Assembly (NCBI GenBank): GCA_025363075.1
Contig: JANYEP010000188.1
Span: forward strand, 1-55,504
Origin: Chitinophagaceae bacterium
GTDB taxonomy: Bacteria; Bacteroidota; Bacteroidia; Chitinophagales; Chitinophagaceae
Length of the DNA stretch: 55,504 bases
Reading direction: 5' to 3'
Part shown: positions 1 to 9,803 of the stretch, one piece after another
How the letters are laid out: the number at the start of each line of letters is the position of its first letter
How positions within the stretch are numbered: the first letter of the stretch is position 1
The notes under the pieces: model-generated
The model's database searches: none
The model's input: only the letters and a program-made list of their open reading frames with translations
Told to the model about the DNA's origin: nothing
Program-made: the position numbers and the translations under genes

Positions 1-963
1 TGCATTTATTTCAAGTATATATAACTTATTTGTAGCATTGTCCATCCTCACATCAACTCTTGTATAACCTTTGCCTTTGCAAGCTGCGTAGGCATTCCAG
101 CTAATTTGTTTGATATCTTCAATTAAATTTTTGTTAGGCAAAGCATACTCATAAAAATTTTCTCCATTAGGCATTTGGGTTTCATCTTCATAAATTTCCC
201 AAAGTCTATCGAACGATAAAAATTTTTCTTCATCGGGCAATGATGAATGAAAAACTCTTTCAACAGGTGTATAAATATGTGCCGTTAGTGGCTTATCATA
301 ATCTCCAACAATTAACACAGTAAACTCTGCACCATTTATAAATTCTTCTACAACAATTCCTCCTTCATTCAAATTCCAACCTCTGTAACCATCCAATATT
401 TTTTCTACTTGCTCCTTTAATTCATCTACTTTATGAACAACACTTTTTACACCAACACCCATACTGCCAGCACTTACAGCAGGCTTTACAATTATTGGCG
501 ATCCAATTTTTTTAAAAATAGAATCATCAACATCTTCAATTTTTTCGATAAATACCCAATCAGCATTTGCAACATTACACTCATCAAATGCATCCTTCAT
601 ATTGGCTTTCGAGGTTGTAATGTTGTAAAAATATTCATCACTTCCTGTATAATTTAGTTCAAGTTCATTCAAATATTTTATAACGGAAATTCCTGGTGCT
701 TCGTTTAGTTCATCGCCATCACATAAATTAAAAAACAATGGTTGCAGTTTATTTGCTTCGTAATTATTTTTTATTGACAAAATAACTTCCTTAAAATTGT
801 TTAATGTCACAGGAGTCCATTGCCACTTGAGTTGTAGCTCATTAAACACTTTAGTATATTCTTCTATACTTTGAGAAAAATCGTAGTAGTAATTAATGTT
901 TTCATCTATTGTTTCAACACTTGGTGCTAATACAAAAATCATTAAGTTAGTTGGAAAATTCAT
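1..963 (-). CDS. D-Ala-D-Ala ligase-like ATP-grasp enzyme (3' end runs off the window; not in the ORF track)
   Basis: Manual translation from ATG at 963 is open to base 1: MNFPTNLMIFVLAP...FNLCDGDE...YTGS...IVKPAVSAGSMGV...VEEFING.EFTV...GYTRVDVRMD...ILEINA. These are ATP-grasp/Ddl C-terminal motifs; the Ddl GGxSxE N-terminal motif is absent. Confidence 0.88.
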   Translation of the reverse strand, partial: MNFPTNLMIFVLAPSVETIDENINYYYDFSQSIEEYTKVFNELQLKWQWTPVTLNNFKEVILSIKNNYEANKLQPLFFNLCDGDELNEAPGISVIKYLNELELNYTGSDEYFYNITTSKANMKDAFDECNVANADWVFIEKIEDVDDSIFKKIGSPIIVKPAVSAGSMGVGVKSVVHKVDELKEQVEKILDGYRGWNLNEGGIVVEEFINGAEFTVLIVGDYDKPLTAHIYTPVERVFHSSLPDEEKFLSFDRLWEIYEDETQMPNGENFYEYALPNKNLIEDIKQISWNAYAACKGKGYTRVDVRMDNATNKLYILEINA

Positions 964-1455
964 TTATTGCTTGTCTAACATTGATTGAATAAAGTCTGTT
1001 AATTTATATTTCGACAAAACTTCTTTCGACAAATATGCAGCACCTTTTATCGTATGCAAACAATTTTTATTACCACAGCTACAAGTAAATGGCTGATCCA
1101 TATTCCACTCACTACTTGGGTAAAAAAAAGTAAGCTCATCACCAACATTAATATTCTTTAAAGAAACCAACTCAGACTTGGTTGTATCAAAAAAAACATT
1201 GGGCTCACAACTATGGTTGCAATATTGTAAAAACGCTGGTTGCAATGTGATATGTTTATTCAATCCTATTTGCACAGTTAGGTAAGTTGGTGTTGCAGAA
1301 ATACTGCCACCAGAGAAGTTACATAAGACTTCATTGTTATTAAAATCCTTGCTTGTATGCAAGCTTTTTTCGTTGGTTAAATCGTTTTGCAAAACATCTG
1401 CAAATTCCTGATGACTAAGTATTGTATAGGTTGGCTGGGCTAGACTTGCTTTCAT
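964..1455 (-). CDS. SET domain protein (methyltransferase) with post-SET Cys motif
   Basis: NHSCEPN, GDELTFFY and CSCGNKNC are SET/post-SET signatures. Confidence 0.9.
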   Translation of the reverse strand: MKASLAQPTYTILSHQEFADVLQNDLTNEKSLHTSKDFNNNEVLCNFSGGSISATPTYLTVQIGLNKHITLQPAFLQYCNHSCEPNVFFDTTKSELVSLKNINVGDELTFFYPSSEWNMDQPFTCSCGNKNCLHTIKGAAYLSKEVLSKYKLTDFIQSMLDKQ

Positions 1456-1548
1456 AATAAATGATTGAATAAAAGAAATGCAAATAGTTTAATTGGCAAA
1501 CTATTAACAAATGCCAAGCAAGCGATTTAATTGATAACTGAAAGCAAT

Positions 1549-1573
1549 AAAAAAAGCCTCGATAAACGAGGCT
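1549..1573 (-). terminator. Intrinsic terminator of tig
   Basis: AGCCTCG-5nt-CGAGGCT stem followed by a T run on the minus strand. Confidence 0.75.
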
Positions 1574-1589
1574 CTTAAAATATTTTGTT

Positions 1590-2945
1590 TTAATGATGGT
1601 GGTGATGCAGTTTTTTTGCAAAATCATCTGCTGAAATGCTTTCGTCTTTTGCTTTTACCTGACACTCCAAAACAGTAAACATTTTATCTGTTTGAATTTT
1701 GTAGTAGCTATCCTCTACAAACTTTTTATCTTTCATCATTCTACTTATATATTCGTCAACCCAAGGTTGTTCTGCTTGTGCCATACCCATTCCCATATAG
1801 CTAAATAATTGATTTTTTGCAAATGCTTTAATGTCATCTGGCAACACTTCAATCTTATTGTCTTTAGAAATTTGAGTACTTATTAAAGTCCATTTTAAGC
1901 TATTAACAAATGAAGGGAATTCCGTTTCTGCTTCCTCAGCAGTTTTTGGTTTTTCGCCACTTGTTTGCAACCAACGCTTTAAAAATGCTTCTGGAAATTC
2001 AATAGTTGTATTGTCTAAAAGTAAATGATAAATCTGATCGTGTATTTGGTTTCTGCTTTGTGCAGCGTAAGCAGCAGCAATTTCTTCCTTAACAATGTTT
2101 CTTGCTTCTTCAGCAGTTTTTACTTCTTTATCGGGGAAAGCAGCAGCAAAAAACTCATCATTCAATTCTGCTTTTTCAACGTGTCCCACTTTTGTAATCG
2201 TGATGTTAAAATATTTTGCAGTATCATCTTTTTCTAAGCCCAAATCTTGTGCTATAAACTCCAATTCTTTTTCATCAAAAGCTTTGTTAAGTTGAAGAGA
2301 AACCACATCATCTTTTTTCTTACCCATTAAGTTGGGCTTGAAATTTTCTGTAAAATACTTTACCAATACAGAGTTTGCTTTGCTAATTCCTCCTTCAATC
2401 ACGTTTCCATTTTCGTCTGTTTCTGTAAACAAAACATTCAACACGTTTTCATCGTTGGTTACAGTTTCTGGCTCTGTCATTTTTCCGTGGCGTGTTCTTA
2501 AACGATCAAGCTCTTCATCAACAATTTTATCTTCAATATTGATAACGTATTTCGTAACACTATACTTACTTGCATCAATTGAAAGCTCAGGCTTTAAGCC
2601 CACTTCAAAAGAAAAAGTATAATCGGTAGGGTTATTAACTTCTATCTTATTTGTATCAAACTCAAGTGGTAAAGGTTGGGCAAATATGTCTAATTTTTCA
2701 GTGTCTAAATAATTAAACAATTGTGCTTCTGCAAGTCTAACAACCTCTTCCGTTAACACAGATTGTCCATACATTTTTTTAATTAATCCAGCAGGAACCA
2801 TTCCTTTTCTAAACCCTGGAATATTCGCATTTTTTGCTTGTTTTGTTAAGCTTTGTTCAAATTTGTTAAGATAATCTGCTTTGGCAATTGTAACAACAAT
2901 TTTGTCGTTTAATAAGCCAATGTTTTCTCTGGTAACTGTAGCCAT
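1590..2945 (-). CDS. tig: Trigger factor
   Basis: IPGFRKGMVP ribosome-binding motif, 451 aa, downstream of tRNA-Leu. Confidence 0.95.
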   Translation of the reverse strand: MATVTRENIGLLNDKIVVTIAKADYLNKFEQSLTKQAKNANIPGFRKGMVPAGLIKKMYGQSVLTEEVVRLAEAQLFNYLDTEKLDIFAQPLPLEFDTNKIEVNNPTDYTFSFEVGLKPELSIDASKYSVTKYVINIEDKIVDEELDRLRTRHGKMTEPETVTNDENVLNVLFTETDENGNVIEGGISKANSVLVKYFTENFKPNLMGKKKDDVVSLQLNKAFDEKELEFIAQDLGLEKDDTAKYFNITITKVGHVEKAELNDEFFAAAFPDKEVKTAEEARNIVKEEIAAAYAAQSRNQIHDQIYHLLLDNTTIEFPEAFLKRWLQTSGEKPKTAEEAETEFPSFVNSLKWTLISTQISKDNKIEVLPDDIKAFAKNQLFSYMGMGMAQAEQPWVDEYISRMMKDKKFVEDSYYKIQTDKMFTVLECQVKAKDESISADDFAKKLHHHHH

Positions 2946-3043
2946 TATAAGGAAAGTTAAATTGTTTAATATTTAAAAAGTTGATAAGAAAAAAGCGAAA
3001 GGAAAATTACCTATCAACCTTTAACTTATCAACTTTTAAAAAG

Positions 3044-3125
3044 TGCGGGTGGAGGGACTCGAACCCCCATGCCTCGCGGCACCAGATCCTAAGTCTGGCG
3101 TGTCTACCAATTTCACCACACCCGC
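3044..3125 (-). tRNA. tRNA-Leu(TAG), CCA not encoded
   Basis: Reverse complement GCGGGTGTGGTGAAATTGGTAGACACGCCAGACTTAGGATCTGGTGCCGCGAGGCATGGGGGTTCGAGTCCCTCCACCCGCA folds as a cloverleaf with a long variable arm and anticodon TAG. Confidence 0.97.
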
Positions 3126-3145
3126 AGAAATTGTGAATTGGGCAG

Positions 3146-3153
3146 CAAATGTA
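3146..3153 (-). promoter_or_regulatory. Bacteroidota -7 promoter element for tRNA-Leu/tig
   Basis: TACATTTG matches TAnnTTTG about 20 nt upstream of the tRNA. Confidence 0.7.
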
Positions 3154-3163
3154 GGGGAAAAAT

Positions 3164-3195
3164 AAAAAAAGCGAATCTTTTGGACTCGCTTTTTT
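3164..3195 (-). terminator. Intrinsic terminator of phoH
   Basis: AAAAAAAGCGA...TCGCTTTTTT hairpin just past the phoH stop. Confidence 0.7.
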
Positions 3196-3213
3196 AATAG
3201 TTATTTATAAAAA

Positions 3214-4179
3214 TTATCTTGGATTTTCCTCTGCATCTTTATTGTAGGCTTTAATAATTGCTTTTACTAATCTGTGTCTCACAACATCTTCCTCGCTTAA
3301 CTCAATATGTGCAATGCCTTCAATATTTTGTAAAATTCTTGATGCCTTTACCAAACCACTTTGCATATTTCGTGGCAAATCAATTTGAGTTGGGTCACCT
3401 GTAATAATTGCTTTTGCATTGGCACCTATACGCGTTAAAAACATTTTTATTTGAAGGTCGTTTGTGTTTTGTGCCTCGTCTAAAATAATAAATGCATTGT
3501 CTAAAGTTCTGCCACGCATATAGGCAAGTGGGGCTATTTCAATAGTTCTTGTAGTCATATAATATCCCAATTTATCAGCAGGAATCATATCATCCAAAGC
3601 ATCATAGAGTGGGCGTAAATACGGGTCAATTTTTTCTTTCAAATCTCCAGGAAGAAAGCCCAAGTTTTCTCCAGCTTCAACAGCTGGGCGAGTTAAAATA
3701 ATTTTTTTTACAACCTTATTTTTTAATGCCCTTACAGCCAAAGCAACAGCAGTATAGGTTTTACCAGTTCCTGCTGGACCAATTGCAAATACAATATCAT
3801 TTTTATCAGCAGCTGTAACCATTTTTTTCTGATTGGCAGTTCTAGCTCTTACAGTTTTTCCATTAGGTCCAAAAACCAAAATATCATTTGGATTTTTATC
3901 TACAAAATTATCAACAGTTTCTGCATCATCTCCACCAAGAATTTGCTCAAAATATCCTTCGCTTAAATGGCCATTTCTTTCGAGGTATTGAATAATCAAA
4001 TCTATTTTTTCTTTTGCAGTTTCAATTTGTTCTGGTGCTCCACTCATTTTAATTTGTGTGCCACGGGAAAGAATTTTTAACAAGGGAAACTTCTTTTTAA
4101 GCAAGTCTAATTTTCCGTTATTTACGCCAAAGAACTCAATGGGATTTACTGTTTCGAGATTAATGATTGTATCTGTCAA
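3214..4179 (-). CDS. phoH: PhoH family ATPase (TTG start)
   Basis: [45 protein letters not shown]. Confidence 0.95.
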   Translation of the reverse strand: MTDTIINLETVNPIEFFGVNNGKLDLLKKKFPLLKILSRGTQIKMSGAPEQIETAKEKIDLIIQYLERNGHLSEGYFEQILGGDDAETVDNFVDKNPNDILVFGPNGKTVRARTANQKKMVTAADKNDIVFAIGPAGTGKTYTAVALAVRALKNKVVKKIILTRPAVEAGENLGFLPGDLKEKIDPYLRPLYDALDDMIPADKLGYYMTTRTIEIAPLAYMRGRTLDNAFIILDEAQNTNDLQIKMFLTRIGANAKAIITGDPTQIDLPRNMQSGLVKASRILQNIEGIAHIELSEEDVVRHRLVKAIIKAYNKDAEENPR

Positions 4180-4355
4180 AGTGTTTGATTTTGTTTTGCT
4201 AATTTAGTTGTATTATACTATTTGAAATACGTATAGAATAATTTTTAAGTTTTGTTTCACATTATACACAGAATGTTAATTGCCAAAGAAAAGCCTAAAC
4301 AACCTATCATATAAAAATTTGATTTCACATTTTATCAACCGCTTAAATTTGTTTT

Positions 4356-5693
4356 ATGAAGAAGATATTATTTTTATTGTCACTAATAGTTACTGCAAAT
4401 TATTCTAATGCACAAACCCCTGAAAAATGGACATTGAGACAATGCGTTGACTATGCAATGAAAAATAATATATCTGTTAAGCAGGCGGATGTGCAGGCAC
4501 GAATTGTTGCATTACAACTTAAGCAAGCTAAATTGTATCAATTGCCAAATGCTTCTTTTAGCACCTCACTTGGTCCCTCTTTTGGTCGCTCATTAGACCC
4601 TTCAACAAATGGTTATTCAAACTTAACTTCTTTCTCACAAAACTATAATTTGCAAGGTGGTGTAGAAATTTATAATTGGGGAAAATTAAAAAATAGTAAT
4701 GCCGCTGCACAATTTAATCTTAAAGCTGCTTTGGCAGATATTGAAAAAGCAGCTAATGATGTAGCTTTAAGTGTAGCCACTTATTACTTACAAATTTTAT
4801 CTGCCAGCCAACAAATCAATATTTCAAAAGTTCAAATTCAACAAACAACAAACAACCTAATTGCAACAAGAAAAAAAGTGGATGCAGGTGCTTTGCCAGA
4901 ATTAAACGCATTGGAGTTTGAATCTCAATTGGCAACTGATAGCACTAATTATGTTGCTGCACAAACAAATTATACTCAGGCTTTGCTTTCAATGCAAGGT
5001 TTATTAAACTTGGATGCAGCAAAATCTTTTGATGTTGAAATTCCAAATGTTGAAAAAATTCCACTGGATAATTTAACAGACTTACAACCAGAAACTGTCT
5101 ATCATTTAGCATTAGATAATCAACCTAACATAAAGTCAAATCGTTTTAGGATAAAGGCAAATGAAAAAAATGTTTTTGTGAATAAAGCTGGTATGTATCC
5201 ATCAATTACAGGAAGCTATTCTTTAAGCAGTGGGTACATTGATTACCTAACAAGCAGTTCTTTCAAAAGCCCCTATTTTACTCAGCTTAACAACAATTTC
5301 AGGCAGAATGTTGGGGTGGGAATTTCTGTACCTATTTTTAACAATGGTACAAACAGAATTAATTACGAGCAAAGCAAGTTGAATTTACAAAACACAAAAG
5401 TCACGGAAGAGCAAATTGAACAAAAATTAAAACTTGACATTTTCACTGCCTACAGCAATGCTTTAAATGCTTTGCAAAAATTCAACGCAAGTAAAAAACA
5501 AGTTGATGTAGCCCAAAAAACATTTGAATTCGCTCAAAAACGATATGATGTTGGCTTATTAAATACTTTAGACTTTATAACCAATCAGAACAATTTATTG
5601 AAGGCTAAAACGCAAAACTTAGCCGACCAATATGATTATGTTTTTAAGATGAAACTGCTGGAATTTTATAAAGGTCAGGGACTGAAATTATAG
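4356..5693 (+). CDS. TolC family outer membrane efflux protein
   Basis: Signal peptide, WTLRQCVDYAMKNN, VSVPIFN-type motif, RYDVGLLNTLD; two OEP halves. Confidence 0.9.
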   Translation: MKKILFLLSLIVTANYSNAQTPEKWTLRQCVDYAMKNNISVKQADVQARIVALQLKQAKLYQLPNASFSTSLGPSFGRSLDPSTNGYSNLTSFSQNYNLQGGVEIYNWGKLKNSNAAAQFNLKAALADIEKAANDVALSVATYYLQILSASQQINISKVQIQQTTNNLIATRKKVDAGALPELNALEFESQLATDSTNYVAAQTNYTQALLSMQGLLNLDAAKSFDVEIPNVEKIPLDNLTDLQPETVYHLALDNQPNIKSNRFRIKANEKNVFVNKAGMYPSITGSYSLSSGYIDYLTSSSFKSPYFTQLNNNFRQNVGVGISVPIFNNGTNRINYEQSKLNLQNTKVTEEQIEQKLKLDIFTAYSNALNALQKFNASKKQVDVAQKTFEFAQKRYDVGLLNTLDFITNQNNLLKAKTQNLADQYDYVFKMKLLEFYKGQGLKL

Positions 5694-6689
5694 TTAGTTT
5701 TTATAATACTGACCCGTAATTAATTTGAATACTCGACCCTCTTGAAATTGTTTAAATGTAGCAACTTCAGCAGCGTGAGCATCTGCCCAGATTTTATATT
5801 CTACAGGATTTATTGCAATTCCAAACAACCATTGATTATACGCATCAGACATTCCTTCACGAATTAAAAAACGTTGTTGATCAAATAATCTAAAAGGAAA
5901 TTTTTCATTCTTTTTATCATAAAACCAACTTAAAATAAACTTTGTTCGAATAGCTGTAAGATAAGTAGCAGTAAGGCTTTCAGAACTATTGCCTAATGTT
6001 TGTAATACATTTTTTTCAAACTCATTTTTTGTACTTGTACCAGCATCGCCCAAGTAAAGTAGTTTTTTGTAAGCGTCTAAAATTGTGGCTTTCATTTCAG
6101 CAGTTCTTGTTGTATAACTTTCAAGATTTACAAAAATTTCTCCATATATAATTGCCCAAAATTGCTGCTTGTTTTGGTTGTAATACAACGCTGCATTGTA
6201 GTAATTACTCGAATAATTAGGGTCAACTTCAATGCCTTTTTCCCAATTTTTTATGGCTTCACCTTTATTTTTTTCTATAATATTCAAGTCAGCCAATTCG
6301 CTGTAAAGCACACCACTATTGGGAAATTTTGCAAGTCCTGTTTTATATAATTTATCACATTCTTTGTACATTGCTATTGATTTGTAATTCATTCCAAGCA
6401 ATTGAAAATCTTGTTCATCAGCAGTTGAGTCAGTAATTAATTTTTTAGAAAGCTCCATACTTTTTGCAAAATCCCTTTTTAAAAAACATAAATATGCAAA
6501 GTCTTTTTTTGCTGCAAGATTGTCTGGCTCGTTTGCTAAAAGTCTATTAAAAACTAATGTTGCATTCTCGTAATCGCCATCATTCATTAAGCTTTTTGCT
6601 GTTTTGTATACGTCAGAAATTGGTTGTGCATTCAACGAAATTGTAAAAAGAAAAACAACAATTATGACAATATTTTTTTTCATATTCAT
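5694..6689 (-). CDS. Exported tetratricopeptide repeat protein
   Basis: Signal peptide; TPR-like helices (AIKNWEKGIEVDPNYSSNYY). Confidence 0.8.
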   Translation of the reverse strand: MNMKKNIVIIVVFLFTISLNAQPISDVYKTAKSLMNDGDYENATLVFNRLLANEPDNLAAKKDFAYLCFLKRDFAKSMELSKKLITDSTADEQDFQLLGMNYKSIAMYKECDKLYKTGLAKFPNSGVLYSELADLNIIEKNKGEAIKNWEKGIEVDPNYSSNYYNAALYYNQNKQQFWAIIYGEIFVNLESYTTRTAEMKATILDAYKKLLYLGDAGTSTKNEFEKNVLQTLGNSSESLTATYLTAIRTKFILSWFYDKKNEKFPFRLFDQQRFLIREGMSDAYNQWLFGIAINPVEYKIWADAHAAEVATFKQFQEGRVFKLITGQYYKN

Positions 6690-6736
6690 TCTATAAAATG
6701 ATTTTTTGTAAAAGTAATAAAAGCAATAACAACAGA

Positions 6737-7783
6737 CTAATTTGTGTTCTTAATAACATCCCAAAAAGATTCAGCAGCTTTATCCCAATTAAACTTTAGT
6801 GCTTGCTGTAAGCCCTCTTTACTAAGTTTGCTTTTTAAATTTTCGTCTTTATAAATCAGTTGCATTTTCTCTGCAATTTCTTCTGGTGAATTTGGTTTTA
6901 CATATAAAATAGCCTCGTCTCCAATTTCAATCATATTGCCTGCATTGCTTGCAATAACAGGCACAGAACTTTGCATTGCTTGCAGAATTTGTAGTGGAAA
7001 GCCATCACTAAAAGATGGATATAAAACACAATATGCCGATGCCGTAAGTCTTGTAAGTTGATTTTCTGAAACATCATTTAGCAACACCACATCATCTCGA
7101 AATTTATACGTTTTCAATTTTTCTTCAGTATCGTTAGAATCCTTTACTATTAGCAGTTTCATATTACTTCTCTGCCATTTTTTAAAAGATGAAAATGCTT
7201 TTAAAACATTCATCACATTGCTTTGAGAAGTTGTATTATCATTAAACAAAAAATATTCTCTTGCATCGGTGTAGCCTTCTTTTGTTTGCATTATTTCATC
7301 AAAATTTAAAGGTTTAAAATTTGATGAAGCACCCCCATAAATTACATTGATTTTATTATTATCTACCTGATATTTTTCAACAATTTGATTCTTTAAAAAT
7401 TGTGATGAAACTATTATCTGCTTGGCTTTTACTATATTTTTTTTGGTAGAAATATTATCTGTCAACATCAATAATTGAGGGGTAGAAATTGTTGTGCTAC
7501 AAATACCATTCATTTGAATTAATAAATCTGGCTTGTGCTTTTTTAATGCAATTGGTAGCTTAATATCATACCAACATTTTAGTGCTAATTTGTTTTGCAA
7601 TGCAGATTTTACAGGGATTAGCGTAATCTTTTTTGAAGAAATAAATTCATCTTTATTTAGTTTATTAAAAATAAAAAAAAATTGATTTTGCTGTGCAATT
7701 CTTTCAAAAACTTCTTTTATAAAAAGGCTTTTATAGTCTGTTTTATCCAGTGATATTCCTATTGTATTTACAGCTATTATCAT
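6737..7783 (-). CDS. GT4 (GT-B) glycosyltransferase-like protein with degenerate catalytic motif
   Basis: Overall GT4 layout (IIVSSQFLK, KINVIYGG, PVIASN, FNWDKAA), but the EX7E motif reads DGFPLQILQ. Confidence 0.85.
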   Translation of the reverse strand: MIIAVNTIGISLDKTDYKSLFIKEVFERIAQQNQFFFIFNKLNKDEFISSKKITLIPVKSALQNKLALKCWYDIKLPIALKKHKPDLLIQMNGICSTTISTPQLLMLTDNISTKKNIVKAKQIIVSSQFLKNQIVEKYQVDNNKINVIYGGASSNFKPLNFDEIMQTKEGYTDAREYFLFNDNTTSQSNVMNVLKAFSSFKKWQRSNMKLLIVKDSNDTEEKLKTYKFRDDVVLLNDVSENQLTRLTASAYCVLYPSFSDGFPLQILQAMQSSVPVIASNAGNMIEIGDEAILYVKPNSPEEIAEKMQLIYKDENLKSKLSKEGLQQALKFNWDKAAESFWDVIKNTN

Positions 7784-7816
7784 TCTATCAAGTCAAAAAT
7801 TATACAAAAAAGAAGA

Positions 7817-7860
7817 AGCCACAGGTTCACAGATTAAATAAAATCTGTGAACCTGTGGCT
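7817..7860. repeat. Perfect 19-bp inverted repeat (REP-like palindrome / terminator)
   Basis: AGCCACAGGTTCACAGATT-aaataa-AATCTGTGAACCTGTGGCT. Confidence 0.85.
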
Positions 7861-7874
7861 CATAAAAATTTCAA

Positions 7875-9800
7875 TTATTTTATTGTTCCCCAAACAGCTT
7901 CGTTTACTTTTATTGGATATTTTTTCTTCAAACTGTTCATCCAGTTTTGTTCAAGTTCTTGTTGATAATCGTTCATCACCAAACCCCTTGCATCTTCAAA
8001 ACTTCTTGGTTCAATGTTTTCAAAAACTTTAGTAATATAAATGAAGCTATATGACTCGTCTGTACCATTTCTTTCTGGTTGACTAATAAATCCTGCTTTC
8101 TTCTCAAACGCAGATTTGATAGGCATTTGGCTAAATTCGTATCTTCCACTATCAGCAGCAGCCTTAGCTCCTTCAGCACTCACAATTGCCTTCCAATCTT
8201 GTGGATTTGCTTTAATCTTTTCATATAAATCTGTTGCTAAAGTTTTGCTGTTGGCACTAATAGAAACAGCAGCTACACCTGGTTGCCAATTGTATTTTGT
8301 TTTGTTAGCTGCAAAGTTTGCTTTTAAGCCAACAGTATCTTCTCCTGCTTTGCCCCAAACGTGTTTGTCCATTGCAGCAAATAATAAATTAGCTTCGTTA
8401 AATTCATTCAACTGTTGTTGTAAATTTTTGTTGTATTCTTCAATATGATTTCTGTAATAATCTCCAGTGCTGGCATCTTCAAACATTCTAATCAATTCGC
8501 CAAAACTCTTGCTACCATTGCCATTATCGTTGCCTCCATAACGTACATTTTTTACATATTGAATAAAATCAAACAACTTAACATTTTGCTTTTTGAAAGA
8601 AAATAACAAAGTAGAATCGTTGGCAACAGCAATTAAATCGTCTGTGCTTTTATCTTGAATAGTGCTATCTGCAAAAGCCCAAGCAGAAGCTTCGCTATAA
8701 AATGCTTTTCTAAATCCTGTTAATTCTTTCCACTTTGAAATTAGATTTCTTTTTGCAATTGCAAGCCTGTCGCTGTTGTCCAATTTAGTCTTTAACAAGG
8801 CTGCATAGTCAGCATTATCAAGGCTTTTAGCAATTGGAATAATTTCTATTAACTTCAAAATATGAATACCATAATCGGTATGAATCATCTCAGAAATATC
8901 GCCAACGTTTTTTAACGCAAATATTTTTTCCTCGAAGCTGCGATTAAATCTACCCAAACCAACTTCACCCATATCACCTTTATTGTTGGCTGTTGAATAG
9001 TCGTTGCTGTAGTCTTGTGCCAATGCTCCAAAGTTTTCGCCACGCAACACTTTTTTATAAACTAAAGCTGCTGTAGAATCTACTTTATCTTTTTCTGCTT
9101 GTGTTGCATTTGGTGGATATGACAAGAGTATTTGAGCCATTTTTCTTTTTCCTGCTGCTGGTCTGTCTGTAATATTTTTAAAAATATGCCAACCATAAGC
9201 ACTGTGATATGGTGCAGAGAAACCTCCTTGTTTTAGAGCATAAACGATGTTCTCAATTTCGTAGGGTAGCGAAAAAACTGTAATAAAACCAATGCTTCCT
9301 TTCGCAGCTTTAATAGACGAGTCGTTGCAATATTTATTCAATATTTCATCAAATTTTTTGCCTGCTTTCAATTCGCTGTAAGCCTTGTAGATAGCTATTC
9401 TTGCAGCAATAGAGTCTCCATTGTTTGCAACAAATATTTGCGAAACATCGATGTCTTTTTGGCTTCTGTCAAATGCTTCTTTTAATAATATTTTTGCATT
9501 TGCTTCATCATTAATAACATTCTCTGCAATTTGTCTTTTAAAATTATCGCTCTCTGTTTTGAAAGATGTTTTTGCATCCAATGTATCATCATAAGCACTT
9601 TGAACTTTTAGTTTAAAGTTGATGTAGAGGTTTTTATATTCATCCAAAGCCTTTTTTCTGTCAACATTAGGATTTGGGTTTTTATTGAATGCAGTTAAAA
9701 ATTCTTGTTTGCCCACTGTTTTATTTCCGTAGGTAAAAAGCGTTTGAGCGTTTGTTTTAAAAGCAGCTAAAACAATCATTGAAAAAAGTATTCTTTTCAT
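7875..9800 (-). CDS. Periplasmic parvulin-type peptidylprolyl isomerase (SurA/PpiD-like)
   Basis: Signal peptide; two rotamase domains (SAYGWHIFK; FGALAQDYSND...KGDMG...TDYGIHILK). Confidence 0.88.
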   Translation of the reverse strand: MKRILFSMIVLAAFKTNAQTLFTYGNKTVGKQEFLTAFNKNPNPNVDRKKALDEYKNLYINFKLKVQSAYDDTLDAKTSFKTESDNFKRQIAENVINDEANAKILLKEAFDRSQKDIDVSQIFVANNGDSIAARIAIYKAYSELKAGKKFDEILNKYCNDSSIKAAKGSIGFITVFSLPYEIENIVYALKQGGFSAPYHSAYGWHIFKNITDRPAAGKRKMAQILLSYPPNATQAEKDKVDSTAALVYKKVLRGENFGALAQDYSNDYSTANNKGDMGEVGLGRFNRSFEEKIFALKNVGDISEMIHTDYGIHILKLIEIIPIAKSLDNADYAALLKTKLDNSDRLAIAKRNLISKWKELTGFRKAFYSEASAWAFADSTIQDKSTDDLIAVANDSTLLFSFKKQNVKLFDFIQYVKNVRYGGNDNGNGSKSFGELIRMFEDASTGDYYRNHIEEYNKNLQQQLNEFNEANLLFAAMDKHVWGKAGEDTVGLKANFAANKTKYNWQPGVAAVSISANSKTLATDLYEKIKANPQDWKAIVSAEGAKAAADSGRYEFSQMPIKSAFEKKAGFISQPERNGTDESYSFIYITKVFENIEPRSFEDARGLVMNDYQQELEQNWMNSLKKKYPIKVNEAVWGTIK

Positions 9801-9803
9801 TTT

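Noticed and set aside
433..657. 74-aa plus-strand ORF
   Set aside because: Antisense shadow of the real ATP-grasp gene at 1-963 (-)
3044..3125. tRNA-Leu as an island integration site
   Set aside because: No integrase and no duplicated tRNA 3' end noticed; flanked by core genes
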